DNA of 64,000 bases. Source: Alphaproteobacteria bacterium (GTDB lineage: Bacteria > Pseudomonadota > Alphaproteobacteria > JAAXGF01). The position numbers and the translations under genes were made by a program. The notes beneath the pieces were generated by a model. It saw only the letters and a program-made list of their open reading frames with translations. It was not told the DNA's origin and searched no databases. This document shows positions 39,232 through 50,470 of this stretch, piece by piece (position 1 is the stretch's first letter; every line of letters starts with the position of its first letter). Location: NCBI GenBank assembly GCA_963555825.3, contig CAUVXB020000002.1, forward strand, positions 3,232,001 through 3,296,000. Reading direction: 5' to 3'.

Positions 39232-41799
39232 TGTCAATGGCGGAGCAAAAAGGGACCACCGTGGCGGTGTAAGAAGGGACCACTTGGCGGCTGCGGGCTT
39301 GTCCCCTAGTCCATGGGAGGGCCCCGGGTGCGACGCGGCGTGCCCTCAACAGGCCGACGCGGCGGCGCGCGCGGGAGGGACCTGTGGGCCCACGGGGTCA
39401 AGCGTGGGTTGGGTGGTCGGTTCAGTTCGCCGTCGGGGTTTGACGCCTGCGGCTCTGGTTGAGCCTGTAGCTGTCACCGTTCATCTCGAGGATGTTGACG
39501 TGGTGGGTGAGGCGGTCGAGGAGCGCGCCGGTGAGGCGCTCGGAGCCGAACACCTCGGTCCATTCGTCGAAGGGCAGATTGGTGGTGACCAGGGTCGAGC
39601 CCCGCTCGTAGCGTTGGCTGAACACCTCGAACAACAGCTCGGCGCCGGTCTTCGACAGCGGCACGAAGCCGAGTTCGTCGACGATCAGAAGCTTGTAGGT
39701 GGCGAGCTTCTTCTGGAACCTCAGCAGCTGCTTGTCATCGCGGGCCTCGATGAGCTCGTGGACCAGTGCGGCGGCGGTGATGAAGCCGACCGAGAGGCCC
39801 TTCTGGCAGGCCGCCAAGCCGAGACCGAGGGCGATGTGGGTCTTGCCGGTGCCGCTGTTGCCGAGCGCGATGAGGTTCTCGCGGCGCTCGATGTACTCGC
39901 AGCGGGCCAGCTCCAGGACCAGCGCCTTGTTGAGCGAGGGGATGACCTTGAAGTCGAAGCTGTCGAGGCTCTTGACCACGGGGAAGCGCGCCGCCTTGAT
40001 GCGCCGCTCGACCATGCGGCGCTCGCGGTCGATCAGCTCGAGCTCGGCGAGTCTCAACAGGTAGCGGACGTGATCGACGCCTTCCGAGGCGCACTGCCGG
40101 GCGATCTTGTCGTACTCGCGCAGGAAGGTCGGCAGCTTCAGCGTCTTGAGGTGGTGGGCGAGCAGCACTTGCGGTGTGTCGGTCATGCGCCGAGCCCCGA
40201 CAGCAGGCTCATGTACGACTTGGCGGACGTCATCGCGACCCGGGCGCGCGGCAGATACGGATAGACGTCGAGGTTGAGCCTGGGCGGCCGCCGCTCGATG
40301 CGGCACAGTACCAGGTGCTTCACCGCATCAAAGCCGATTGCGCCGAGCCGCAGGGCGTCGCCGACCGCACCCTCGACCTCCTCGAGCCGGAAGGTCTCCA
40401 GTAGACGGAGCACCTGGACGTACTCGCGCTTGCCTGCCTTGCCCATACGAGCTTCGAGGAGCCGCCGCAGAGTGATGAAGGCCTCGGGCAGGTCCCAGCC
40501 CGCCAATGGCGCGGCCTGGTCGAGGGCGCCGATCTTCTGCTCGATCAAGGGCAGGTAATGCAGCGGGTCGAAGATCAGGTCCTCGCTGTCGTAGGACCGG
40601 CGGTGCCGGGCGATCACCTCGGCCCCGCAGCTGATCACCACCTCATCGACGTAGCCCCGGATGAGCACCTCACGGTGGCCGTAGGCCACGGGCACGGAAT
40701 AGTCGTTGCTGCGGTAACGCACCAGCGACAGCGAACTCGCCCGTCCAGGGCGCTTATCGCAGGCATCATAGGGAGCAGGCGGCAATGGCAAGAGAACTTG
40801 ACGATCCCGCTCGAGACGCTCGCCGATGGTCTCCTTGTGGCCCCGCAGCCGCGCCGCCTGGCGCCGGCGGCACTGTTCGGCGAGAGCATCGTTGAGGGCC
40901 GCGAAGCTCTCGGCACGCGGGACGGGGACCAGGAAGTTCCGCCGGATGAAGCCGACCAGTCCCTCGACCTTGCCCTTGTCGTTGCCCTTGCCCGGCCGGC
41001 CGAACCTGTCCTCGAACAGATAGTGGGACTGAAGCTCCGTGAAGACGTGCGTTCGCTGCCGCTTCCCATCGCCCAGGATCCGGGCAACCGCCAGCTTGGT
41101 GTTGTCGTACAGGATGGATCGGGGGACGCCGCCGAAGAAGGCAAACGCCGCGTTGTGGCCATCGCAGAATGCTTCGGTCGTCTCCGCCGGATAGGCCGCA
41201 ACAAAGCAACCATCACTGTGGGGAAGGTCGAAGGCAAGGAAGTGGATCTTCCGTAACGCGCCGCCGATCACCGCCATCGCTTCGCCGAAGTCCGCCTGGG
41301 CGTGGCCGGGGGAATGGACGAGCGGCACGAACATCTCGCGCGACCGAAGCCCCTGCTCACGAACGTAGTCCTTCACGATGGTGTAGCCGCCGGTGAACCC
41401 GTACTCGTCCCGGAGACGGTCGAAGATCCGCTTCGCCGTGTGCCGTTGCTTGTGGTGGCTGGTCCGATCGTCTTCCAGAATCCGATCGATGATCCCCGTG
41501 AACGGACCCAGCTTCGGCCGCCGTGGCGGCTTGCCGCGGCGATACCCCGGCGGCACCGAGAACGACAGCATCTTGCGTACCGTCTTGCGGTCCAGCCCGA
41601 ACACCCGCGAGGCCTCGCGGGTGCTCATTCCCTCGACACGACACGCCCGCCGGACCCGCGCGTACATCTCCACCCGATACATCCCCCCGCCTTCCAGTCA
41701 GAGCAACCCTGACAGAAGGCTATACGCGGTCCCATTTTGGTCCGCCACAGCCGGATCAACCGGCCGCTTCAGTGGGGGATTATTGCGCCGCCGTTCTCA
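39232..41799 (-). mobile_element. IS21-family element copy 3 (istA 40183-41682, istB 39422-40186), mosaic variant
   Basis: Same ends as copies 1 and 2; istA 5' region diverged. Confidence 0.95.
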
Positions 41800-42101
41800 C
41801 CGATAACCGTCTCCGGCTTGACGATCACCAGGATATCCCTCCAACCCGACCACAGCCGAGACAGGACGACCCAGAAAAGGCGATCGGCCATCCGAAGCGA
41901 TGGCCTGGCTCCTTTCCGATCTAAGGCGGCAAGCTGCTGTCGCAGGGCAAGGTTCTCAAGATGCAACGCCGCGCGGCTGAGGAAAGCCTCACGGACCATG
42001 GCAAGGACAATTCGAATGGTCGTGCACATGTCGGAGACGCTATCCGGCACAAGCCGGGAATACTAGGATTTCTGCGGCAGATAGGATTTATGGGAGCCAC
42101 A
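41800..42101 (-). mobile_element. Left-end remnant of the rve element seen at 34950
   Basis: Near-identical to 34950-35250 in reverse orientation; cut by IS21 copy 3. Confidence 0.9.
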
Positions 42102-42253
42102 GGTACGAGGTGTTGCCCTCGGGATCCCAATCGAGGCCGTTGGCGCCCTCGGCCAGCCGATCCGCCTCATTGTGCACAAGGTCGAGAATCTCGCGCCGCG
42201 CCTCAGGGCTCAACTTGCGCAGCAGCGCCTCGTCGATGACGAAACTGACCATA
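42102..42253 (-). pseudogene. 5' fragment of a hypothetical protein interrupted by the rve element
   Basis: GGAGG RBS, then MVSFVIDEALLRKLSPEARREILDL..., ending at the IS terminus. Confidence 0.5.
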
Positions 42254-42410
42254 ATCGCGCCTCCCCTTACCGATGCAACGCGCCGCCGACGCGCCGCTGT
42301 CGCCATCATAATACCTTTGCCGCGCCGAGACCATCGCGCGTCGGGCTTTCGCCGGAACGCCCGTGGGGTTACTCTGTCGGCGACCATGACGATCCGGCGG
42401 GCCCAGGCGG

Positions 42411-42854
42411 ATGATCTCGAAAACTGACCAAAGCGGCACGCGCGCAACGGGCGGCGGGCCGTTTGCCTTCTTCAGCCGCAAGAAGCGCCCGAACACGGTG
42501 ATCGCCGCCGACATGAAGATCGTCGGCGAGCTCGAAAGCGACGGCCACGTCCACATCGACGGCACCGTCGAGGGCGATATCTACGCCAACTTCGTCACGG
42601 TCGGCGAGACCGCCCATGTCGAGGGCGTGATCGTCGCCGAGGAGGTCCAGATCGCCGGCTCGGTCGACGGGCGCATCGAAGCGCCGGTGGTGTTCATCGA
42701 GGCGACCGCGCGGGTCGTCGGCAGCGTCTTCCACACCGAGATCGAGATCGAGGAAGGCGCGCTGATCGAGGGCCCCCGGCCGTGGCGGCCCAAGGTCTAC
42801 CTCGAGGAGCGCAGTGCCAACCGCGGCGTCGAGCAAGACGCCGGCGACGCATAG
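42411..42854 (+). CDS. Bactofilin (polymer-forming cytoskeletal protein)
   Basis: TVIAADMKIVGELESDGHVHIDGTVEGDI...IEIEEGALIEG. Confidence 0.9.
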   Translation: MISKTDQSGTRATGGGPFAFFSRKKRPNTVIAADMKIVGELESDGHVHIDGTVEGDIYANFVTVGETAHVEGVIVAEEVQIAGSVDGRIEAPVVFIEATARVVGSVFHTEIEIEEGALIEGPRPWRPKVYLEERSANRGVEQDAGDA

Positions 42855-42947
42855 AACTTTCGAAATACCGCCCAAGGCGGTATGGTAACGGCAACGGCGC
42901 AGGCATCCGCGCCCCGGGTTTCAATCAAGTTGCGAGGGATGAGGGAC

Positions 42948-43571
42948 ATGTTTGGCAAAGGCGAGAAAGAGGCAGAGAGCGGCCCGGCGCAGCCCGCGCG
43001 GGGCTTCGGCAAGTCCGACAAGGACACGTCCGCGCGCGGCGCCGGCAAGGCGAGCGGCGAGACCTCGGCGATCAGCGCCGACCTCAAGGTCGTCGGCAAT
43101 CTCGAAAGCGCCGGCGACATCCAGGTCGACGGCACCGTGGTGGGCGACATCAACAGCCGCTCGCTGACCGTCGGCGAGGGCGCCCATGCCGAGGGCTCGA
43201 TCACCGCCGAGAAGGTGCGCATCTGCGGCAAGCTGTCGGGCCAGGTGACCGCCGCCTCGGTGTCGATCGCCGCGACCGCGGTCATGAACGGCGACATCAC
43301 CTACCAGGTGCTCTCGATCGAGGAAGGCGCGACGCTCGAGGGCCGCTGCCACAGGGTCGACTCGACCGGCGCCTCGGCCGCCCCAAAGGTCGCCGCGGTC
43401 AAGCCCGCGGCCAGCCCGGCGCCGGCGGCCGCCTCGGGCAGCGGCGGGAGCGGCGGCAGCGCATCGTCGGGCAGCGGCGGCAGCGCCTCGTCGGGCGGCG
43501 GCGGTGGCGGAAGCGCCTCGTCGGGCAGCGGCGGCGGCGCCTCGTCGGGCGCGAAACCGGCCGCCGAGTAG
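42948..43571 (+). CDS. Bactofilin with a Gly/Ser-rich tail
   Basis: SAISADLKVVGNLESAGDIQVDGTVVGDI...LSIEEGATLEG; GSASSG repeats. Confidence 0.9.
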   Translation: MFGKGEKEAESGPAQPARGFGKSDKDTSARGAGKASGETSAISADLKVVGNLESAGDIQVDGTVVGDINSRSLTVGEGAHAEGSITAEKVRICGKLSGQVTAASVSIAATAVMNGDITYQVLSIEEGATLEGRCHRVDSTGASAAPKVAAVKPAASPAPAAASGSGGSGGSASSGSGGSASSGGGGGGSASSGSGGGASSGAKPAAE

Positions 43572-43656
43572 CGGCGGCGACAATACGCGCCAAAATTCGA
43601 GCTTAACGGGCCGCGGCCGCCGTCGCGGCCCGTTTCATTCGCGAGATCCGCGCCCC

Positions 43657-43791
43657 CTACCCCCACACCTTCTCGGCCGTTTCGCAGAGCACCGCGAGCT
43701 TGGCGCTTTGCTCGTCGATGGTCAGCGCGTTGCCGCCGATCGAGGTGGCGAAGCCGCATTGCGGGCTGATCGCGAGGCGCTCCTTGGGTAT
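43657..43791 (-). pseudogene. C-terminal fragment of a cobalamin-independent methionine synthase II-like protein
   Basis: PKERLAISPQCGFATSIGGNALTIDEQSAKLAVLCETAEKVWG*. Confidence 0.75.
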
Positions 43792-43934
43792 ATGGCCTTA
43801 AAGTTTCATGACCGTGCCACGCTTCTCACGGCCAGAGACGCCAAGCCTTTCCTGAGGGAGCCGGTCAATCTGCCAACCTATGACTGCGAACTGTTCTTCG
43901 ATATCGAAGTCGACCCGATGCGGGACATTTGTTC
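43792..43934 (+). pseudogene. Internal fragment of a TM0106-type RecB-like nuclease
   Basis: LPTYDCELFFDIEVDPMRDIC motif, cut by IS1380. Confidence 0.5.
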
Positions 43935-45612
43935 CCGGATTTCCCAGATAGATAACAATTTCACATACTTTGGACGCCGATTCTGATATAAAAATCAATA
44001 CATTGAGGCGATACAGGGGGCTCGGCAATGGCGTACCCGATGGGTGAAGCGAAACCGGAGCCTCTTCGGGTCGATTTCGACTGTCGCCTGAAGCTGGAAT
44101 TCCCCGGCAGCAAGATCACCTCGGACGCTGGCCTACTGGCCTACCGCGAGCTGGACGATGTTCTCGGCCTGACCAACCTCGGTGGCGCGGCGTTGTCGGA
44201 CCTGCGGCGCGGCAAGAATACGCGCCACCTGCTGACGGGCCTGTTGCGGCAATCGGTCTATGGCCGCTTGGCCGGATACGAGGATGTCAACGATGCCGAG
44301 CGACTGTCGCTCGACCCGGCGATGCGAGCCATCGTCGACTGCAAGGGCCTTGATCGTCGTGCCGCCTCGACCAGTCAGATGGGGCGCTTCGAAACGGAGT
44401 GGTTGGCAACGGAAGAGAACTTTGCCGTGCTAAATTATCTGCCCGGCGCATGGATCGACCGGGTTCATGATCGCAAGATACCGAAGATCATCATCCTCGA
44501 CATGGACAGCTCCGTCAGCCCGACCCACGGTGGTCAGGAGGGCTCCGCCTACAACGGCCATTTCGGGTGTTCCTGCTATCACCCTCTTTTCGTGTTCAAC
44601 CAGTTCGGCGATCTTGAGCGATGCGCCTTGCGCGCCGGCAACGTCCATAGCGCTCATGGCTGGCGCGACGTTCTGGAACACGTGGTCGCCCGGTATCGGG
44701 ATCGCAGGCTGCGGCGCTACTTCCGAGGCGATGCAGCCTTTGCCTCACCGGATCTCTATGAGTTCCTGGAAGCCGAGGGCTACAAGTACGCCATCCGTCT
44801 CAAGGCCAACGCGGTTCTTCAGGAAAGCATCGTCCATCTGCTGACCCGCCCCGTCGGTCGCCCGCCCAACCATGTTCGCCGCTTCCATGCCAGCTTCAGC
44901 TATCAGGCAGGTTCGTGGAGCAGCAAGCGCCGGGTGGTCGCCAAGATCGAGTGGCATCCGGGCCAGCTATTTTTCCGCGTGTGGGGTTCATCGTAACCAA
45001 CCTGTCGCGGCCCGCCGAGCGGGTGACGAAGTTCTACAACGGCAGGGGCACAGCGGAGCAGTACATCAAGGAAGGCAAGAACGCGATCAACTGGACGCGG
45101 CTGTCATGTCACAGCTTCCGCAACAACGAGGTGCGACTTCAGCTGCACGCCTTGGCCTACAACCTGGCCAACTTCATGCGAACATTGGCTTTGCCGAAGG
45201 AGGTCGAGCACTGGTCGTTGACCACGCTGCGGGAGAAGCTGGTGAAGATCGGCGCGAAGGTGGTCAGTCACGGGCGGTACGTCACCTTCCAACTAGCGGA
45301 GGTCGCCGTCCCAAGAGCCCTGTTCGCTGAGATCCTGCGCCTCATTGACGGCCTGCGGCCGGCGCCGTTGCCGCCATGACGACGGCCCACCCACCAGAAT
45401 CCAGATCGGCCGACAGCACAGCTGTGTCCGACGAAGGCCAAGCCCCGCCCTTAGTGCATGAAATGGCGCCTGGACAGCGATTCCCGTCTCCAAATCAGGT
45501 AGATATGGAGCGGGGCCCGTTTTGGCGCGCCGGTTTACTGCCGGAGTCGCCGTGGGAAGCGCATCCTGTTACCATCATCGCCAACCTGGGAGAGCCAATT
45601 GGGGAATCCCGG
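43935..45612 (+). mobile_element. IS1380-family element with frameshifted transposase (44028-45379)
   Basis: Ends ccggatttcccagat / attggggaatcccgg; TSDAGLL, LDMDSS, RGDAAF, YNGRGTAE; frameshift near 44975. Confidence 0.9.
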
Positions 45613-45706
45613 CTAAAGAACGATTCATGTTGAACGGTGACTCATGCTAAACAGTGATTTATGTAAATCAATCAATGATGCTTAACAGAGAATAGGGAGG
45701 TTCAAA

Positions 45707-46726
45707 ATGCATCTTCGCAACAAAATTCTGGCGACGATTTCCATCCTTGCGGTGGGCTTCGCCATGGTGGCACCGACCGGCCTCGGAGCGGCCGGGCTGC
45801 CCGACATGATGGAGAAGCCCGGTGGCTTTCCCGAACGGCCCCTTTCCATGATCGTGCCTTACGGTCCCGGCGGCGGTTCGGGCCAGATTTCCCGCGCCAT
45901 GATCCAGGGCGTCAAGGACGCCGCCGGCATCGACATCACGCCCGATTACAAGTCTGGCGGTTCCGGAATGGTCGGGCTCAAGACCTACATGGCGGCGCCG
46001 GCCGATGGCTACACGGTGTTGGAGCACATTGACGACGCGTCCAGCGCCTACGTCATCGGCAAGTCCAAGATTCACCCGGCGAAGGACCTCATTCCCCTGG
46101 TCATAGCCCAGATCACCTTCAGCCAAATCTACATCCGGGCCGAAGAGACCCGTTTCAACGATTGGGCTTCCTACGTCAAGTTCGTCAAGGGCAAGGGCGG
46201 CAAGTCGACCATCGCCAATGTCTCGGGCGAGGGCTCCATGGAGCGGATCAACATGAACCGCATCGCCAGCCACTTCGGCTTCAAGGTGCAGCAGATCAGC
46301 TTCGACAAGGGTGGCCCCAGGTACGCGGCCCTCAAGGGCGGCCAGGTTGACGCTCTTTTCGAGCAACCGGGCGACGTCCGCGGGTTCCTGGAAAGCGGCG
46401 ACTTCAAGCCTATCCTGTCCCTGCTGTTTAAGCGTCCCGCGGCATTCGCCGACGTGCCCTCGATGACGGACGTGGGACTCACCTTCGAGCCGCTAATGCG
46501 ATTCCGCGGGTTCTACGTCAACAAAAACGCGCCGGCGGACCGGGTGAAGTACCTCCAGTGGGCCTTCCAGAAGGGTTTCCACACGGACAGCTACCAGGCC
46601 TTCAATAAGAAGAAGTACATGGACCTGATTCCCAGTTTTCGGGACACCGAAGGCGCCAAGAAGCTGATCATCGACACCATGAAAGTCTACGAGAGGGTTT
46701 TCAAGAAAATGGGATTGATCAAGTAA
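45707..46726 (+). CDS. tctC: Tripartite tricarboxylate transporter substrate-binding protein
   Basis: Signal peptide; FPERPLSMIVPYGPGGG, APADGYT, GGQVDA. Confidence 0.9.
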   Translation: MHLRNKILATISILAVGFAMVAPTGLGAAGLPDMMEKPGGFPERPLSMIVPYGPGGGSGQISRAMIQGVKDAAGIDITPDYKSGGSGMVGLKTYMAAPADGYTVLEHIDDASSAYVIGKSKIHPAKDLIPLVIAQITFSQIYIRAEETRFNDWASYVKFVKGKGGKSTIANVSGEGSMERINMNRIASHFGFKVQQISFDKGGPRYAALKGGQVDALFEQPGDVRGFLESGDFKPILSLLFKRPAAFADVPSMTDVGLTFEPLMRFRGFYVNKNAPADRVKYLQWAFQKGFHTDSYQAFNKKKYMDLIPSFRDTEGAKKLIIDTMKVYERVFKKMGLIK

Positions 46727-46805
46727 CCCCTGCTCCTTGAACTTTCCGCAACAGGGCTCCGGTGGGGAATCCCCCCGCCGGAGTTCGACTTGAAGGGGTA
46801 CATCC

Positions 46806-47336
46806 ATGAGCCGACTGACCCCCGGCCAATGGTTCGAAGTGGCAGTGTGGATCGGTTTCGCTGCGTTCGCCTACGCCATGACCTTCACCTTCGACCGGGA
46901 AATAGAGATGTACAAGTTCGGGGCCGCCGGTTGGCCCCGGGTGGTGATCGGGCTGATCGTCGTCGCCGCCGTCGGCCAGCTCCTGCAGGACCTGAAGGCG
47001 GGCCAGCCGGCCGGTCATCAGGATACCGGCGAATTCGTCAAGAGTTCCCAACACGGGTTCCAATTCTACGTCCGCATGGGAATTACCCTGGCCCTCCCCA
47101 TCGTCTATGCCAGCCTGCTCAACGGCACCGGGTACTACTTCACCACGCCGCTGTTTCTCGCCGCCTACCTCTACATGACCGGCGTCCGCCAGGCGCGGCC
47201 GCTGATCGTGGTGCCCCTGGTCATCTACGTTGTCGTGACCTTCACCTTCACCCGCATACTCTACGTCGGCCTGCCCACCGGCTACTGGCCCGGGTTTTAC
47301 GATTTCAGCAACTGGCTGATCGTCCTCATCCGCTGA
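46806..47336 (+). CDS. tctB: Tripartite tricarboxylate transporter small membrane subunit
   Basis: Hydrophobic ORF between tctC and tctA; GAAGWPR, LYVGLPTG. Confidence 0.85.
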   Translation: MSRLTPGQWFEVAVWIGFAAFAYAMTFTFDREIEMYKFGAAGWPRVVIGLIVVAAVGQLLQDLKAGQPAGHQDTGEFVKSSQHGFQFYVRMGITLALPIVYASLLNGTGYYFTTPLFLAAYLYMTGVRQARPLIVVPLVIYVVVTFTFTRILYVGLPTGYWPGFYDFSNWLIVLIR

Positions 47337-47355
47337 GCGCCGCCCGGAAAATACC

Positions 47356-48834
47356 ATGGAAAATTTTATCGACGGCAGCCTGACCCTGTTCAGCAGCCCC
47401 CTCAGCGTCCTCATATTCTTCTGCGGGCTGATCGGAGGGCTGCTGTTCGGCGCCATCCCCGGCATCAACATGCTGACCCTGGCCGCCATCTTCCTGCCTT
47501 TCTCGGGACTGCTGACGGCCAGCGATGCCATCATGTTCTATTCGGTGCTCTATTGTTCGGGCACCTACGGCGGCGCCGTGACGGCCATCCTGTTCAACAT
47601 ACCGGGCGCCCCGGAGAACGCGCCGACGGCCTTCGATGGCTATCCCATGACCCAACAGGGCCAAGCCGGCAAGGCCATCGGCGCCGCGGTGCTCTGTTCG
47701 GCCTTCGGCGGTACCTGCTCGGTCCTCCTGATGATGGCGGCGACGCCCTTGCTGGCGGATGTGGCAGTGGTCTATTTCGGCCCGCCGGAAATCTTCGCCC
47801 TGGTCTTCTTCGGCATCGCGGTCGCCTCCTCGGTGGGCGCCAAGTCCCTGTGGAAGGGCTGGCTGTCGGTGTTGCTGGGCCTGATGTTGGCGACCGTGGG
47901 ACTGGACCCGGTGGCCGGCATCGAACGCTACAACTTCGACTTTGTCTATCTTCTGGCGGGCCTTCACTTCATTCCTATCATCCTCGGCTTCTTCGCCGTC
48001 TCGGAGGTCTTCGTGCAAGCCGAAAAACGGGTGAAGGGCATCTACGACATGCCCAAGTTCGCCACCAGTTTTCCTTCCCTTGCCGAATTCTGGAAGCTCA
48101 AGCTCGCCGTCGCCCGGTCGGTGGTGCTCGGCTTTTTCGCCGGCATCCTGCCCGGCATAGGCGCCACCCTGGCCGCCTTCCTCAGCTACAACGAGGCCGT
48201 CCGCTGGTCGAACACGCCGGAGAAATTCGGCAAGGGCGAACTGGAAGGCGTGGTGGCGTCCGAGACCGCCAACAACGCGGCCACGGGCGCCGCCATGATA
48301 CCGCTGCTGGCGCTGGGCCTGCCGGGCGGGGCGCTGACGGCGATGATGGTCGGCGTCTTCCAGATGCACGACATCGAGCCGGGACCCCTGGTCTTCATCA
48401 ATACCAGCGACCTGGTGTGGGTCGTCTTCGCCGCCATGTTCTACGCCAACATCGCCATCCTGGTGCTGGGATTCGTGGAAACCAAGACGGTGCTGCACCT
48501 GTTGAAAATACCGTTCCAGTACCTGTCGCCGGCGATCCTGCTTATGTCCACCGTCGGCGCCTACGCGGTGCGCAGCCTGCCCATGGACGTGCTTGTCATG
48601 TTCGCCGCCGGTCTCCTCGCCTACCTGCTCAGGCGCACCGGATATTCGGTGGCCGGCATCATCCTCGGCCTCATCCTGGGCAAGCTGGGTGAGCAGAACT
48701 TCGCCCAATCCATGCAGATGGTGAGTTATGACATGTGGGAGTTCATCAGCCGGCCCATCGTCGCCGTCCTGGTGTTCGCCGCGCTCGCCACCATCGTCGC
48801 CAACGTGATCAGTGCGCTCAGGGGACGCCGCTAG
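47356..48834 (+). CDS. tctA: Tripartite tricarboxylate transporter large membrane subunit
   Basis: YGGAVTAILFNIPG, FDGYPM, ETANNA, LALGLPG. Confidence 0.93.
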   Translation: MENFIDGSLTLFSSPLSVLIFFCGLIGGLLFGAIPGINMLTLAAIFLPFSGLLTASDAIMFYSVLYCSGTYGGAVTAILFNIPGAPENAPTAFDGYPMTQQGQAGKAIGAAVLCSAFGGTCSVLLMMAATPLLADVAVVYFGPPEIFALVFFGIAVASSVGAKSLWKGWLSVLLGLMLATVGLDPVAGIERYNFDFVYLLAGLHFIPIILGFFAVSEVFVQAEKRVKGIYDMPKFATSFPSLAEFWKLKLAVARSVVLGFFAGILPGIGATLAAFLSYNEAVRWSNTPEKFGKGELEGVVASETANNAATGAAMIPLLALGLPGGALTAMMVGVFQMHDIEPGPLVFINTSDLVWVVFAAMFYANIAILVLGFVETKTVLHLLKIPFQYLSPAILLMSTVGAYAVRSLPMDVLVMFAAGLLAYLLRRTGYSVAGIILGLILGKLGEQNFAQSMQMVSYDMWEFISRPIVAVLVFAALATIVANVISALRGRR

Positions 48835-48895
48835 AGGATTGAACGCTGAGGCTTCCGGGTCCATCTTGCCGGCAGATAGACCGGAGAAAACGACC

Positions 48896-50314
48896 GTGAA
48901 CCTGAAATCATCCGCCGCCGCGGACAGCCCCGAGGCCGTCGTCCAAGGGCTCGTGGAAAAGGCCCGCGCCGCCATGGACGCCTTCGCCGGCGCCGATCAG
49001 GCCCGGGTGGACGAGGCCGTGACCGCCATCGCCTGGTCCATCTACGAGCCGGGCCGGGCGCGCCAGTTGGCCGAAATCGCCGTCCGCGACACCGGCCTCG
49101 GCAACGTGGAAAGCAAGGTCGTCAAGAACCGGCGCAAGACCTTCGGCTGCCTGCGCGATCTCATGCGGGTGCGCACCGTCGGCGTCATCGACGACGATGA
49201 GGCGACGGGCATCGTCAAGTACGCCAAGCCCGTCGGCGTTGTCTGCGCCGTGGCGCCGTCCACCAACCCGGCGGCGACGCCCGTGAACAAGGCCATGTTC
49301 GCCGTCAAGGGCGGGAACGCGGCGATCATCGCCCCCAGCCCGGCCGGCCTGGGGGCGACGACGCTGACGGTGGAATTCATGCGGGCCGAGTTGAAACGGA
49401 TCGGCGCGCCGCCTGACCTGGTGCAGGTGCTGGGGCCGCCGGTGGACAAGGCCATGACCCAGGCCCTGATGGAAGCCTCGGACCTGGTGGTGGTCACGGG
49501 GTCGCGGAACAACGTGCACCGGGCCTATTCCTCGGGCACGCCGGCCATCGGGGTGGGACCCGGCAACGTTCCGGTGATCATCGATTCCAGCGCCGATCTC
49601 AAGGATGCGGCGGAAAAGATCTGCGCCTCCAAGATCTTCGACAACGCCACATCTTGCTCGTCGGAGAACTCGGTCATTATCCTGGACGACGTCTATGACG
49701 ATGCCTTGGCCGCCCTCGAGGCCGCCGGCGGCTACCTGTGCTCGGCGGACGAAAAGGGGATGATCGAGCGCACGCTGTGGACCGACGGCCATCTCAACCG
49801 CCGTGTGATCGCCAAGGACGCCCCGGTATTCGCCGCCGAATGCGGCTTAGGCGGCGCCCCCGTGACGGCCAAGTTCTTCATGGTCGAGGACGTTGGCGCC
49901 GACAGCCCGTTTGCCGACGAGAAGCTGTCCCTGGTGCTCACGGTCTATCGGGCGGCCGATTTCGACGCCGCCTTCGACCAGGTCCTGGCCGTGCTCCAGG
50001 TCTGCGGGAAGGGCCATTCGGTCGGCATCCACGGCCATGACGAGGGCCATATCCGGCGCCTGGCCCGGGACCTGGACGTGGTCCGGGTGCTGGTCAACCA
50101 GGCCCATACCTTCGGCAACGGGGGCAGTTTCACCAACGGCCTCAACTTCACCCTGTCCATGGGCTGCGGCACCTGGGCGGGTAACTCCATCAGCGAGAAC
50201 CTGAACTACCGGCACTTCATCAACGTCACCCACCTGGTGCGCGAAATCCCCGAGGACAAGCCCAGCGAAGAGGAGCTTTTCGGCCCCCACTGGGAAAAGT
50301 ACGGGACCCCATGA
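48896..50314 (+). CDS. sauS: CoA-acylating aldehyde dehydrogenase, sulfoacetaldehyde dehydrogenase-like
   Basis: [32 protein letters not shown]-terminal [12 protein letters not shown]; followed by a CoA ligase subunit. Family call is firm, substrate is inferred. Confidence 0.7.
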   Translation: MNLKSSAAADSPEAVVQGLVEKARAAMDAFAGADQARVDEAVTAIAWSIYEPGRARQLAEIAVRDTGLGNVESKVVKNRRKTFGCLRDLMRVRTVGVIDDDEATGIVKYAKPVGVVCAVAPSTNPAATPVNKAMFAVKGGNAAIIAPSPAGLGATTLTVEFMRAELKRIGAPPDLVQVLGPPVDKAMTQALMEASDLVVVTGSRNNVHRAYSSGTPAIGVGPGNVPVIIDSSADLKDAAEKICASKIFDNATSCSSENSVIILDDVYDDALAALEAAGGYLCSADEKGMIERTLWTDGHLNRRVIAKDAPVFAAECGLGGAPVTAKFFMVEDVGADSPFADEKLSLVLTVYRAADFDAAFDQVLAVLQVCGKGHSVGIHGHDEGHIRRLARDLDVVRVLVNQAHTFGNGGSFTNGLNFTLSMGCGTWAGNSISENLNYRHFINVTHLVREIPEDKPSEEELFGPHWEKYGTP

Positions 50315-50466
50315 ACTTCGAGGAGCACGCTGCCAAGCCGCTCCTGGCCGGGGCCGGCATCGCCGTTCCCGAAGGCCGCCTGGCCCGCAGCGCAGACGAA
50401 GCGGAACGGGCCGCGACCGCGCTCGGGCCGGTGATGGTCAAGGCCCAGGTGGCGGCGGGAAAGCGG
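50311..50466 (+). pseudogene. 5' fragment of an ATP-grasp acyl-CoA ligase beta subunit (SucC/SauC-like)
   Basis: [22 protein letters not shown]...[12 protein letters not shown], then an abrupt switch to AT-richer DNA. Confidence 0.8.
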
Positions 50467-50470
50467 GCTG

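Noticed and set aside
43430-43550. GC-rich tandem repeats as a separate repeat element
   Set aside because: They encode the in-frame Gly/Ser tail of the bactofilin
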